In this document: positions 26,035 to 35,466 of the stretch, one piece after another | Position numbering within the stretch: position 1 is the first letter of the stretch | Layout: the number at the start of each line of letters is the position of its first letter | Origin: an uncultured Gammaproteobacteria bacterium | GTDB taxonomy: Bacteria > Patescibacteriota > Patescibacteriia > Magasanikbacterales > GWA2-37-8 | Assembly: GCA_964510495.1 (NCBI GenBank) | Contig: CAZECR010000003.1 | Location: 550 to 64,549, forward strand | Direction: 5' to 3' | DNA: 64,000 nucleotides | The notes under the pieces: generated by a model | Seen by the model: the letters and a program-made list of their open reading frames with translations, nothing else | The model's database searches: none | What the model was told of the DNA's origin: nothing | Translations under genes and position numbers: made by a program

Positions 26035-26502
26035 ATGCATTGTCCTGTCTGCAACAATAAGGAAACAAGTGTTGTGGACACTCGTCCCACTGAGGACGGT
26101 TTGTCGGTGCGTAGGCGGCGTGAGTGTGATCGTTGTCATTTTCGTTTTTCAACGATTGAAGAGACGGAGCTGTTAGATATTATTGTGGTAAAAGAAGACG
26201 GTCGGCGAGAAAGTTACATGCGTGATAAAATGGAAAGCGGTATCTATAGGTCCCTTACCAAGCGTGCTTTTACTAAAGAGCATTTCCATCGCTTGATTCA
26301 CTCGATTGAACGTGACATTCAGAAAAAGAAAAGTAGAGAAATAGCTAGTAAAGAAGTTGGTGAATTGGTGATGAAGCACCTGCGTACATTTGATATGGTA
26401 GCCTATATTCGTTTTGCCAGTGTCTATCGTGATTTTAAGGACGTGCAAACTTTCGAGCGTGAACTTAAAAAATTAGCTATTAAAAAACAAAAAGGTATCT
26501 AA
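26035..26502 (+). CDS. nrdR: Transcriptional repressor NrdR
   Basis: MHCPVCNN...CDRCHFRF zinc ribbon followed by an ATP-cone. ATG at 26035; the track ORF has a spurious N-extension. Confidence 0.85.
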   Translation: MHCPVCNNKETSVVDTRPTEDGLSVRRRRECDRCHFRFSTIEETELLDIIVVKEDGRRESYMRDKMESGIYRSLTKRAFTKEHFHRLIHSIERDIQKKKSREIASKEVGELVMKHLRTFDMVAYIRFASVYRDFKDVQTFERELKKLAIKKQKGI

Positions 26503-26507
26503 GGTCT

Positions 26508-26933
26508 ATGTTTAAACACAAACAAGAACCCGCTGCGGCGGTAGAGCCTGTGGTAGAAAAAAAAGAGGTTGCGCCTCCTCTCGTGGCGGCTGATAAACCA
26601 CTCAAGGATACAAGTCCGGCTGCGTTGCGTGAACTCCTTGAAAAAAATTTAAAATGGTCTCAAATTATCTACGAACAAAATCGGCGCATCAATAGCAAGC
26701 TCTTTTGGAGTACGCTTGGTAGCTGGTTTAAGATTATTATCTTTTTTGCTTTACTGGCCGGTTCGATAGTATTTCTTTCGCCTTTTTTTAGACCTTTTTT
26801 TAATTACTACAATTCTTTTGCACGTCAGGCAAAATTTGGTGAAATTAGTCCGACGAGTTCGCTTCAGAATGCACTTCAGTTTTTGCCGCTCGATGCTTCA
26901 CAAAAGGAGCAGTTAAAGACCTTTTTAAAATAA
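26508..26933 (+). CDS. Hypothetical small membrane protein
   Basis: Open frame with one to two hydrophobic segments; no recognisable motif. Confidence 0.45.
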   Translation: MFKHKQEPAAAVEPVVEKKEVAPPLVAADKPLKDTSPAALRELLEKNLKWSQIIYEQNRRINSKLFWSTLGSWFKIIIFFALLAGSIVFLSPFFRPFFNYYNSFARQAKFGEISPTSSLQNALQFLPLDASQKEQLKTFLK

Positions 26934-26936
26934 GCT

Positions 26937-28349
26937 ATGTTAAAACGTACCAAAATCGGAGCAACGATTGGCCCGGCATGTAGTGATGAAGTAACAATTG
27001 AAAAAATGGTTGTAGCCGGCATGGATTTTGCCCGGCTTAATTTTTCTCACGGTACTCATGAAGATCATGCCAAGTTAATTGCAGCGATTCGTGCAGTTGA
27101 GCAAAAAACTGGTAAACCCATTGCTATCATGCAGGATTTGCAGGGGCCAAAAATGCGTTTAGGCTCGCTTCCCGAAAAGGGTGTTCTTCTGCAAGAAGGT
27201 GAGACAGTTGTTTTTGATACGACCGCTACTGAATATCATGATCAAATTGTTCCAATTACCTTTCCAGAGCTTGGAAAACATTTGATTGTAGGTCAGCATA
27301 TACTTATTGATGATGGTCGCGTAGAAGTTGTTATTACGGTACTTGATGGCGCACGTATTGAAGCGAGTGTGCTACAAGCGGGCATGCTTCAGTCCCACAA
27401 AGGCCTTAATTTTCCTGATAGCATACTTACGGCCATACCAGCGCTTAGTGAGAAAGATATTCTTGATGTTGCTTTTGGCGTCGCGATGGGGGTTGATTGT
27501 ATTTCGTTGTCTTTTGTCAAAACAGCGGCCGATATTGAACAGCTACGTCAGGTTATTATCAAGGCACAAAATGATCAGGATTTGCAACCGGAAGTACCTA
27601 TTACAATTATTGGCAAAATTGAACGCCCTGAAGCAGTTAATAATTTGGCTGAAATTATTGAAGTAGTAGACGGGATTATGGTTGCGCGCGGTGACTTGGG
27701 GCTTGAAATGCCAGGAGCAATGCTTGCCATTACACAAAAGAATATTGTGCGTACCGTACGCTTGGCAGGTAAGCCAGTAATGATTGCGACACAGCTGCTT
27801 GACTCAATGCAGCATAGTCGTCGCCCCACTCGAGCGGAATATACTGATGTAGCCAACAGCGTTATCGATCATGCTGATAGCCTCTTGTTAACCAACGAAA
27901 CAGCGGCTGGAGAATTTCCTGTGGAAACGGTCAAAACCATGGCTGACATTATTGTCGCGACCGAACAATCTTCGTATGATGATGCTCTGCGCTCTACGCA
28001 AACAACCAGTACGCTGGAGCCGGTCTTGGCTCGCCTCGTACAGCTCGTTACCAGTACCGAGCGCGTTCGGGCAATTGCGGTTGAGGCTGCTGCAATGCCG
28101 CTAGTGCCACGCGTAAGCAAATTACGTTTGGAGCTTCCGATCGCCGCTGCAGTGCCCACGCTAAAAGTGGCGCGTAGTTTAATTTGGTATTGGGGAGTAA
28201 CACCGAGTATCTTGGTTAAAAAAACACTTACTACCGAACTGCAAGAACACATGGCTAAAATTTTAGGACTCACTGCTGAAGAAAATGCAATAGTAGCTAT
28301 AGTTCCTAGCGCTATAGAAATGCCGTACACAATTACCACGAATTCATAA
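26937..28349 (+). CDS. pyk: Pyruvate kinase
   Basis: TKIGATIGPA, NFSHG, MVARGDLG motifs. Confidence 0.9.
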   Translation: MLKRTKIGATIGPACSDEVTIEKMVVAGMDFARLNFSHGTHEDHAKLIAAIRAVEQKTGKPIAIMQDLQGPKMRLGSLPEKGVLLQEGETVVFDTTATEYHDQIVPITFPELGKHLIVGQHILIDDGRVEVVITVLDGARIEASVLQAGMLQSHKGLNFPDSILTAIPALSEKDILDVAFGVAMGVDCISLSFVKTAADIEQLRQVIIKAQNDQDLQPEVPITIIGKIERPEAVNNLAEIIEVVDGIMVARGDLGLEMPGAMLAITQKNIVRTVRLAGKPVMIATQLLDSMQHSRRPTRAEYTDVANSVIDHADSLLLTNETAAGEFPVETVKTMADIIVATEQSSYDDALRSTQTTSTLEPVLARLVQLVTSTERVRAIAVEAAAMPLVPRVSKLRLELPIAAAVPTLKVARSLIWYWGVTPSILVKKTLTTELQEHMAKILGLTAEENAIVAIVPSAIEMPYTITTNS

Positions 28350-28365
28350 AAAATAGTATATACAA

Positions 28366-28396
28366 AAATAGCCGCGATACGCATCGCGGCTATTTT
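28366..28396. terminator. Bidirectional intrinsic terminator between convergent pyk and glyA (aaatagccgcgat acgc atcgcggctatttt)
   Basis: Perfect hairpin flanked by an A-run and a T-run. Confidence 0.7.
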
Positions 28397-28408
28397 ATAT
28401 GTTTTCTT

Positions 28409-29644
28409 TTAAGTTGGCAGCGGAAACTGGGCGGCCAATGTTTTAACTTCCGCACGGATCTCTGCTAATTTTGCATCGTTGGTGAAGTTCTGAATTGCTA
28501 CATCGATCCAAGCGGCAACTTTACGCATTTCATCTTCCTTCATGCCGCGGGTTGTTAAAGCTGGGGTGCCGAGGCGAATACCAGAAGGATCAAAAGGTGA
28601 ACGAGTGTCATCGGGAATCATATTTTTATTGAGCGTAATACCAGCTTTATCAAGAGCGATTTGGGCCTCTTTGCCTGACAAGCCTTTAGGAGTCACGTCA
28701 ATTAAGAGAAGGTGGTTATCGGTCCCACCAAAACAAATTTTGTAATCCATTTTTTTAAACTCTTGTTCTAACACTTTAGCATTCTTTTTAATTTGCGCTG
28801 CGTATACTTTAAATTCAGGCATGAGTGCTTCTTTAAAAGCAACAGCTTTAGCGGCAATATTGTTTTCATGCGGTCCGCCTTGTAGCCCAGGAAAAACTGA
28901 TTTATCGATCGCTGCTGCAAATTTTTCTTTACACATAATCATGCCGCCACGAGGTCCACGAAGTGTCTTGTGGGTTGTCGTGGTCACAACATCAAATAAC
29001 GGAACAGGATTATTCATCGCGCCTCCAGCAATGAGGCCTGCAATATGAGCAATGTCTGCCATAGTAATTGCACCCACTTCGTCAGCAATCTTTTTAATAT
29101 TTTCGTAATCAATTTCGCGTGAATAGGCCGAGTAGCCCACCAAGATAATTTTTGGTTTATGTTCAAGAGCCATGGAACGCAAGTTATCAAGATCGATGCG
29201 TCCGTCAGGCGTGGTTTTATAGCGGATAAAATTAAAAACGTGGGCCATGGCGGTTACGGGGTGGCCGTGGGTAAGGTGGCCGCCATGTGAGAGGTCCATG
29301 CCAAGCACTGTGTCTCCAGGTTTGAGAAGGGCAAAATAGACCGCAATATTAGCCGGTGCGCCCGAAAGCGGTTGTACGTTTACATGTTCAGCACCAAAAA
29401 GTTGTTTAGCGCGTTCGATGGCGAGGCTTTCCACTACATCAATGTACTCGCAGCCACCGTAGTAGCGTTTACCAATGTACCCTTCGGAATATTTATTCGT
29501 CAGAATAGAGCCAAGGGCTTCGAGCACAGCTGCAGAAACAAAGTTTTCAGAAGGAATAAGTTCAAGTCCTTCGGACTCACGGCGATGCTCGTTTTCAATA
29601 GCTTCGTAAATATCGTGGTCAAAATCTTGTAAAGAAGGAGTCAT
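28409..29644 (-). CDS. glyA: Serine hydroxymethyltransferase
   Basis: LIPSENF, the [13 protein letters not shown]-lysine region and full-length SHMT similarity. Confidence 0.95.
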   Translation of the reverse strand: MTPSLQDFDHDIYEAIENEHRRESEGLELIPSENFVSAAVLEALGSILTNKYSEGYIGKRYYGGCEYIDVVESLAIERAKQLFGAEHVNVQPLSGAPANIAVYFALLKPGDTVLGMDLSHGGHLTHGHPVTAMAHVFNFIRYKTTPDGRIDLDNLRSMALEHKPKIILVGYSAYSREIDYENIKKIADEVGAITMADIAHIAGLIAGGAMNNPVPLFDVVTTTTHKTLRGPRGGMIMCKEKFAAAIDKSVFPGLQGGPHENNIAAKAVAFKEALMPEFKVYAAQIKKNAKVLEQEFKKMDYKICFGGTDNHLLLIDVTPKGLSGKEAQIALDKAGITLNKNMIPDDTRSPFDPSGIRLGTPALTTRGMKEDEMRKVAAWIDVAIQNFTNDAKLAEIRAEVKTLAAQFPLPT

Positions 29645-29712
29645 AGGAATTTTAGAAAATTAAAAAACAAGCTTATTGCCTCCTTGTTACTTAAATTCTA
29701 AAGATTCGTAAA

Positions 29713-30111
29713 TCATAGCTGTTCTAAATAGTCGTTAATTATTGTGTATACATTTGGAGCGCAGTCCGGTGGGAGATTGCGAATATCATGCCAATCCCAG
29801 GCAGCAGTCTCGGGTCCGGGAGTAACTTCTCCTATTCGAGTACCGAGAAAATGGATGAGCACTACAACACGATCTTTTTGTTGTAGCAAGATAGGACGAA
29901 GTGGTTTAACGATTTTTACATCAATACCAAGTTCTTCGCGGACTTCGCGCATACATGCTTCTTCAAGCGAGATATCAAATCGCTCAACCTCACCCCCAGG
30001 AAACATCCACAGACTCAGGCCCTCTGGTTTGTATTCTTTGTTTAATAAAACTTTGTCATTTTCAATAATGACAGGGCCGGAAGCAATAATTGATTCAGGA
30101 GGAAGTTGCAT
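29713..30111 (-). CDS. NUDIX hydrolase
   Basis: Nudix box GGEVERFDISLEEACMREVREELGIDV. Confidence 0.8.
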   Translation of the reverse strand: MQLPPESIIASGPVIIENDKVLLNKEYKPEGLSLWMFPGGEVERFDISLEEACMREVREELGIDVKIVKPLRPILLQQKDRVVVLIHFLGTRIGEVTPGPETAAWDWHDIRNLPPDCAPNVYTIINDYLEQL

Positions 30112-30180
30112 GGCTTTGGGTTAAAATGCTCTAGTAAAGTATCATTTCTGCCTCAGAATGGCAATGTTATCATGAACAAA

Positions 30181-30231
30181 AAAGAACTCTTTTAAAAAAG
30201 TTCTTTTTTGTACGGCCGAGAGGTCGGCCGT
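30181..30231 (-). terminator. Compound terminator: GC hairpin acggccga-gagg-tcggccgt plus an AT hairpin with T-runs, downstream of the G+C-rich gene 30238-30609
   Basis: Inverted repeats read from the sequence; T-runs on both strands. Confidence 0.55.
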
Positions 30232-30237
30232 GATTGG

Positions 30238-30609
30238 TTAGAAGAGAAAGAGCATGGCCTGTCTGAGGCTCGTAAACAAGTCGTCTTCCGTCTTCGGAAA
30301 GCGCTCGCCGGCCAAGATGCCTTTGATGTTGTTGTACTGGCGAGCGAGGTATTCACTGTCCCGCTGCCTGAAAGCGCCCTCACACCAGATCAGGAGGGGT
30401 TTCTTGAGGTGTGCTGTAGTCCGCAGCAATGCTGCTGTCTCGTCGAAGTTCCTGGTTATAAGAACGATGAGGTTGATCGGACTCATGAGCGCACCGGGCG
30501 CCGCGCTCTCTGTAGTGACCGTGTGGTAACCTTTCTGGCGAAGCTGGGCTGCAAATCCTTCGCGTCGCTCTGTCTGCTCTTTTGAGCTGATCAGGAGTAT
30601 GTTTGACAT
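30238..30609 (-). CDS. Hypothetical G+C-rich protein with Rossmann/flavodoxin-like alternation of hydrophobic strands
   Basis: MSNILLISSKEQ...LIVLITRNFDE pattern. GAGGTG RBS 7 nt before the ATG (complement of 30607-30609). The + strand ORF 30208-30585 is rejected as the antisense artefact. Confidence 0.5.
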   Translation of the reverse strand: MSNILLISSKEQTERREGFAAQLRQKGYHTVTTESAAPGALMSPINLIVLITRNFDETAALLRTTAHLKKPLLIWCEGAFRQRDSEYLARQYNNIKGILAGERFPKTEDDLFTSLRQAMLFLF

Positions 30610-30653
30610 GGTGGGCACCTCGTGGCGATTAGTTTAGTGGGTGAGTTGGTAGG

Positions 30654-30698
30654 TTGTCAAATGGATCATATTGACAAAAGTCAATTTTTATGATAGAA
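30654..30698 (+). promoter_or_regulatory. Promoter TTGACA-16-TAGAAT overlapped by the palindrome TTGTCAA-atggatcat-ATTGACAA, upstream of the lipoprotein gene
   Basis: Hexamers and inverted repeat read from the sequence. Confidence 0.4.
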
Positions 30699-30778
30699 TC
30701 CTTTATTCTTCATGCATACGCACGAGGAGAATAGATAAGAATTCAGTGCACGTTTTGGCCTCAAAAAAGGAGCTGTAC

Positions 30779-31177
30779 ATGAAGAGGTATTGGTTCTGTA
30801 GCGCACTGCTAACGACAGTGCTTGGCTGTGGCGCCTGCAACGAGGCGGATTTCCCGGCGACCGACGAGCCACCCCCGTCCGCGCTGCCTGACCCTGGCGA
30901 CCCCGGTTCCTGCGCCAGCGAGCAGACGCGCCTCGGCTGGGTGGACGGGTGGCGCTTCTGCTATCCTGAGTCCTCACCAGATCTGGTGGCCAGCTATCAC
31001 TTCGTGATGAACCCTTACTACACCCGCAATGGGTGCAGCATCGCGAACGATGTGGGGCCTGCGACGCTTGCCTTCATGTCGAAGGCGACGACCAACAGCC
31101 AGGCCGGCGACTGGAACTTCGAGTCCTACTGGATGGGGCTCGTGACCAAGATGATCTGCCACAACCCAAAGCGCTAG
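30779..31177 (+). CDS. Small G+C-rich secreted lipoprotein (lipobox LGCGAC), six cysteines, unknown function
   Basis: MKRYWFCSALLTTVLGCGAC signal/lipobox; AAAGGAG RBS. The track ORF carries a spurious N-extension from 30671. Confidence 0.55.
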   Translation: MKRYWFCSALLTTVLGCGACNEADFPATDEPPPSALPDPGDPGSCASEQTRLGWVDGWRFCYPESSPDLVASYHFVMNPYYTRNGCSIANDVGPATLAFMSKATTNSQAGDWNFESYWMGLVTKMICHNPKR

Positions 31178-31295
31178 GCGCTTCCCAAGGAGACAACCGA
31201 CACTGCTCTTCTGCCCCAGGAAGGCAAGGTGTGTGACGCGTCTGTCTCCGTTTCTACTTTGGTAGCAATGATTGTTAGAAGAGTAGAGAAGGCTT

Positions 31296-31334
31296 TAAAA
31301 TAAAAATAGTCCCTAGAGACTATTTTTATTTTTT
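31296..31334. terminator. Bidirectional terminator: aatagtc cctaga gactatt flanked by A/T runs. It overlaps the last codons of elp3.
   Basis: Hairpin read from the sequence. Sits between convergent lipoprotein (+) and elp3 (-). Confidence 0.5.
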
Positions 31335-32968
31335 AGATTTTTTACCATATACGTATTCTCCAGCTCATATCCCCACTTACGATAGTAGTCACGAACACCA
31401 ACTCCAGAAATAACAGCGAGTTTATCAACGCTGTGCTCGGTGACAATTGCTTCCGCTTTTTCCAATAATTTTTTACCAAGTCCTTTATGTTGACTTTGGT
31501 TGTCGTCTTTGACGCCAATGTTCAATAATTTTCCGTAGGTGTGGAGTTCGCGAATATATGCGGGGTAGCGAATCGCTTCTTTCGGCAATTCACTCGACGC
31601 AAAATCAACAATACGCAAACGACAAAAGGCAAATACTACCGTACGATCTTTATCTTCAAAGCTCAGGAAATATTCGGTGCCACCGTGCGTGTCGTACTCG
31701 TCAACAAATAAATGCGGCGTCAGATCAGAAATTTTATTCAGATCCACGTGACCCACTTCGCGGCAACGTAAACAGCGGCACGGCGTGCCTAATTTTTTTA
31801 AGCGCAGTTGTACCACTTGGCGAAGGTTGGTGACAGTATTTCCCTCTTCAATATATTGACCCGGGATATCACGAATAAGACGCGAAATACGGGCATAATA
31901 GGGGATAGTTGGTTTAAATTTCACCAAAATATCGATCAGGTCTTCTACGGAGTACGCGGTATATTTTCCTTGCAAAAACCATTCGTAGAGTTCAGAATTT
32001 TTGACAACGGTACATGGATAAATTTTGATCATGTCGGGTTTATATCCAGGGTCAGAAAAAATAGTCTGCATCATTTTTAAATCCGCTTCCGGGGTTGCGC
32101 CAGGTAGTTGTGGCATCAGATGTGCATCAACTTTGAATCCGTAGTTGCGGAGGAGTTCCATGGAACGCATTGCTTCTTTGCTCCCGTGACCGCGTTTTGT
32201 CAGTTCTAAAATAGCATCATCAGTATGCTGAATGCCAAGTTCAATACGCGTACAGCCCATTTCACGCATCTGCCAAATGGTGTGGTAGTTAATACAGTCT
32301 GGACGTGTTTCGAGTGTAAGGCCAATAATGCGATGTTTAGCGGTCTCGTTAATGGTTTGCTGTTTCGCAAGTTCAGCTTTAATTTCTACAAGGGGGGAGT
32401 CTTCGGTGAGTGTTGAAATAGTTACTCCTTCTTGGCCGAGTGTATTACATGCTTCAAAAGATTTCAAAATAAACCAATATTGATATTGGAGGGTATACGA
32501 ATTCCAAGTTCCGCCTTTGACAATAAATTCAATCTTGTCTGCGGGGTGTCCGTTATTTTGGAGGGCTTCAATGCGGCGGGCCATTTGTTCGTAAGGATTA
32601 AACTCGAGCATGAGGGCGCGCATGGCGGCTGGTTCTTCGGACAAGTAGCTCTTGGGCATCCGTTCGTCAAAGGGGCAGTACACGCATTGACCAGGGCAAG
32701 GATACGGTTTAATGAGTGACGTGATCACCGCCACCCCTGAGAGGCTTCGTACGGCCCGGCGCATGAGCATACGCTCCAAATGTTCGCTGGGTAAAATCTT
32801 GTTATTTTTGACTAAATCATGATATGCTACCAGCAGTTCTGTCTTGTCCGGGAGGTTCGTTTCTGGTTTTTCACCGGCCATTAAGCTGCGTTTAAGGACG
32901 TTAAAACCTTCCTCCGTTGTGGGAAGTTTTTCTAGAGCAGCAAGAATTATTTTTTCAGTTAATGACAC
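31313..32968 (-). CDS. elp3: Elp3-like radical SAM enzyme with a C-terminal GNAT acetyltransferase domain (tRNA U34 cm5 modification family)
   Basis: CPGQCVYCP radical-SAM cysteine motif. The C-terminus RKWGYELENTYMVKNL matches the Elp3 KAT-domain terminus. The GTG start at 32968 is preferred because the upstream TTG at 33004 would overlap the divergent gene. Confidence 0.8.
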   Translation of the reverse strand: MSLTEKIILAALEKLPTTEEGFNVLKRSLMAGEKPETNLPDKTELLVAYHDLVKNNKILPSEHLERMLMRRAVRSLSGVAVITSLIKPYPCPGQCVYCPFDERMPKSYLSEEPAAMRALMLEFNPYEQMARRIEALQNNGHPADKIEFIVKGGTWNSYTLQYQYWFILKSFEACNTLGQEGVTISTLTEDSPLVEIKAELAKQQTINETAKHRIIGLTLETRPDCINYHTIWQMREMGCTRIELGIQHTDDAILELTKRGHGSKEAMRSMELLRNYGFKVDAHLMPQLPGATPEADLKMMQTIFSDPGYKPDMIKIYPCTVVKNSELYEWFLQGKYTAYSVEDLIDILVKFKPTIPYYARISRLIRDIPGQYIEEGNTVTNLRQVVQLRLKKLGTPCRCLRCREVGHVDLNKISDLTPHLFVDEYDTHGGTEYFLSFEDKDRTVVFAFCRLRIVDFASSELPKEAIRYPAYIRELHTYGKLLNIGVKDDNQSQHKGLGKKLLEKAEAIVTEHSVDKLAVISGVGVRDYYRKWGYELENTYMVKNLKNKNSL

Positions 32969-32978
32969 AATAGAAGCT

Positions 32979-33710
32979 ATGGTAGATTTAATCCAAAAAA
33001 CCAAGGAAGATTATGATGCGATTGCCGAGGCCTTTGCCGGTACCCGTTTTGAGGCCGGATCGGATCTAGTAGAGTTTAAACCATTTATTCGCCCGGGTCA
33101 ACGCGTCCTTGACTGGGGGTGTGGCAACGGCCGTTTGTTATACTTACTTGATCAAACCCTGACTGAGCTTGACCCAACCCTCCACGGTCCAGCCCGGCTC
33201 GATTATTCTGGGGTAGATCAGAGCGAAGAACTCTTGAAAATAGCTCAAAAAACCTTTGAACATTTAGTGGACGATGCCCAGGTGCGTTTTTTTTCAACCG
33301 CTGATTCAGAAAAGAAATTTCCGGAAAGCTCCTTCGATGTCGCATACTCGATCGCTTCGTTTCATCATTTGCCTGATTCACTTTCTCGCTTTTCACTCCT
33401 TAAACAGATCTACTCAGAACTTGCTCCGGGTGGGCAACTTCTTCTCACCGTCTGGAATTTAACCAGTGATTGGGCTGAAAAACAAAAATCCAAATGGACC
33501 GAGCTTAATAGTCATGATTATTTGATTCCTTGGAAAGATGGTGAGGGTGAAGTCTTGGCGGATCGCTATTATCATGATTTTCAACTTCCAGAACTCACCG
33601 AACTTATAGAGCAAGCTGGATTTACGATTGAAAAAATGTACTATGCGACAGCCGGTAAAGAAGTGGATAGTCACAAAGGAAAAAATATTGTGGTGATTGC
33701 TAAAAAATAG
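32979..33710 (+). CDS. Class I SAM-dependent methyltransferase, Trm9/ALKBH8-like (candidate tRNA mcm5U methyltransferase)
   Basis: Motif I VLDWGCGNGR; FDVAYSIASFHH; GGQLLLTVWN; YLIPW; DRYYHDF. These resemble Trm9-family signatures as recalled from memory. ATG at 32979; the track ORF has a spurious 5' extension. Confidence 0.7.
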   Translation: MVDLIQKTKEDYDAIAEAFAGTRFEAGSDLVEFKPFIRPGQRVLDWGCGNGRLLYLLDQTLTELDPTLHGPARLDYSGVDQSEELLKIAQKTFEHLVDDAQVRFFSTADSEKKFPESSFDVAYSIASFHHLPDSLSRFSLLKQIYSELAPGGQLLLTVWNLTSDWAEKQKSKWTELNSHDYLIPWKDGEGEVLADRYYHDFQLPELTELIEQAGFTIEKMYYATAGKEVDSHKGKNIVVIAKK

Positions 33711-33719
33711 TTTGCTCCT

Positions 33720-34940
33720 ATGCGTATTTTGCAGGCTAACAAATTTTTCTATCGTCGCGGCGGAGCCGAGGTGGTTTTTTTTGATACGATTAATGGTCTT
33801 CGGAAACGCGGGCACGAAGTGATCGAGTTTTCGATGCAACACTCAAAGAATCTACCGAGTGAATATGGCGGCTACTTCGCGCCCGAAATTCCAGAGCTTC
33901 TTGGCAAGCAAGATCTTTCCTCAGCTCTAAAAACATTTCGTCATTTATTTGTAGCACCAGAAATTAAAAAAAAATTAAAAGCGCTGGTTTTAGCAACTGA
34001 TCCTCAGATAGCGCATTTGCATAATATTTATCACCATCTTTCCGCGACCACTTTTACGACGCTCCATAAACTCAAAATTCCAACGGTGCTCACCGTGCAT
34101 GATGTTTTTCCGATGTGCCCGAATCATAGCATGCTCTACGGCCAGCAGCTCCGGGAAGATTTGTTCAAGAAAAAAATGTATAATTGCGTGCGCTATAAAT
34201 GTATCGATAACCGTTTACTGCCCAGTATCGCCGGTACGCTTGAAGCATATTATTATCACCTCAAAGGCATCTGGGAGCATCTTGATATGTTCATCTGCCC
34301 CAGCCAGTTTATGATGGATAAGATGGTTGAATATGGATTTCCCAAAAAGAAAATGCGTGTCGTCTTAAATCCATTTGAAATCCGACCAGAACCAATGCCC
34401 CTTGGAAACAGGGTTGTCTATCTCGGACGTATGCATTATGAAAAGGGGATACGCCTCTTTTTACAGGCAGCCTCGCAGCTTCGTGATCTGCCGATTACGG
34501 TAGCGGGAAGCGGGCCCGATGATGTATGGGTCGACCGCTACATTGCGCAGTCGAGCCTGACGCATGTGGAGCGTTTGCACTGGGTAGAAAATGCCGCTTG
34601 GCAAAAAGTAATGGCGAGCGCCCGAGTGATTGTCGTGCCATCATTATTTTATGAAAATTGTTCGATTACTATTTTAGAAGCTTTAAGTTACGGACGTATT
34701 GTTGTGGGTGTTAATCGCGGTGGAACGCCGGAGATGATTATTGATGGGCAGACAGGATTTTTGGCCAAGCCCGAGGACGGCGATGATTTGGCGCGGGTGA
34801 TTAGAAAGGCGATGGTTCTATCTGATAGCGAAGCGAAGGCGATGGTGGAACGTGGCAGGAAATTGATCGCGACGAATCATGCTCCTGATGATTATTTTAA
34901 AAAATTGGAAAGTGTGTACGCGGAAGTGATAAAAAAATAA
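33720..34940 (+). CDS. Glycosyltransferase family 4
   Basis: GT4 N- and C-domains (HVERLHWVEN, EALSYGRIVVGVNRGGTPE). Confidence 0.85.
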   Translation: MRILQANKFFYRRGGAEVVFFDTINGLRKRGHEVIEFSMQHSKNLPSEYGGYFAPEIPELLGKQDLSSALKTFRHLFVAPEIKKKLKALVLATDPQIAHLHNIYHHLSATTFTTLHKLKIPTVLTVHDVFPMCPNHSMLYGQQLREDLFKKKMYNCVRYKCIDNRLLPSIAGTLEAYYYHLKGIWEHLDMFICPSQFMMDKMVEYGFPKKKMRVVLNPFEIRPEPMPLGNRVVYLGRMHYEKGIRLFLQAASQLRDLPITVAGSGPDDVWVDRYIAQSSLTHVERLHWVENAAWQKVMASARVIVVPSLFYENCSITILEALSYGRIVVGVNRGGTPEMIIDGQTGFLAKPEDGDDLARVIRKAMVLSDSEAKAMVERGRKLIATNHAPDDYFKKLESVYAEVIKK

Positions 34941-34947
34941 AATAAAA

Positions 34948-34977
34948 ATATCCCGACAAAGTCGGGATATTTTTTTG
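34948..34977 (+). terminator. Intrinsic terminator atatcccgac-aaa-gtcgggatat + TTTTTTT
   Basis: Perfect 10-bp stem followed by a U-tract. Confidence 0.8.
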
Positions 34978-35025
34978 GTCGTCGTCGGCGAGGAGCGCCG
35001 ACGACGGGTGGTGTGAATGGATCTC

Positions 35026-35466
35026 CTAGCGCAGCGCTGTGGCAAAGCTATCTATGTCTGACTTCGGCTCTGCCGAGAAGGCGAAGATGACTGTGTGGAG
35101 CCGGGGTGTAGCGGCCCTCATGTTCGCGATATGCTGCTCGAGGGCGCTCTTGACCCGCAGACAGATGTCGTCCCAGAGGTTCAGGAAGCGCGGCATTGGA
35201 ATCATGACCGCACCCATGCCGTCTGCTTCGGCCTCGGTGAGGCACTGCAGCACAGCGCGCTCGACCTCCTCGTAGCACTGGCCGCTGTCGTACTCGGTGG
35301 TCGACACGAGGCGATCGTTGGCCTGGGGATTGGCTCGCTCCCACTCTATGCATTCAATGGCGGAGGAGCTGAACCCGATCTCGGCGATTCGATCGGTAGG
35401 CACCCCTGCGTCGGTGACTGTGATAACGATGGTCAGGGGACCCATGTTCATCGTATGTCCGCTCAT
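35026..35466 (-). CDS. Hypothetical G+C-rich protein (147 aa) inserted between two GT4 genes
   Basis: GGAGG RBS 5 nt before the ATG (complement of 35464-35466). Open frame in GC-rich DNA; no recognised motif. Confidence 0.45.
   Translation of the reverse strand: MSGHTMNMGPLTIVITVTDAGVPTDRIAEIGFSSSAIECIEWERANPQANDRLVSTTEYDSGQCYEEVERAVLQCLTEAEADGMGAVMIPMPRFLNLWDDICLRVKSALEQHIANMRAATPRLHTVIFAFSAEPKSDIDSFATALR

Noticed and set aside
29645-29712. GGAGG-containing hairpin + T-run between the NUDIX gene and glyA on the minus strand (possible attenuator)
   Set aside because: The stem is short with a long loop. It is more likely a simple intergenic spacer. Not reported as a feature.
30208-30585. Plus-strand ORF MYGREVGRDW... 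overlapping the minus gene 30238-30609
   Set aside because: The minus-strand frame has a GAGGTG RBS and a protein-like alternation of hydrophobic strands. The plus frame is Cys/Arg-rich nonsense typical of GC-rich antisense.
33004-33004. TTG start for elp3 at 33004
   Set aside because: It would overlap the divergent methyltransferase gene (ATG 32979) by 26 bp. GTG 32968 avoids the overlap, but neither start has a clear RBS, so the start remains uncertain.
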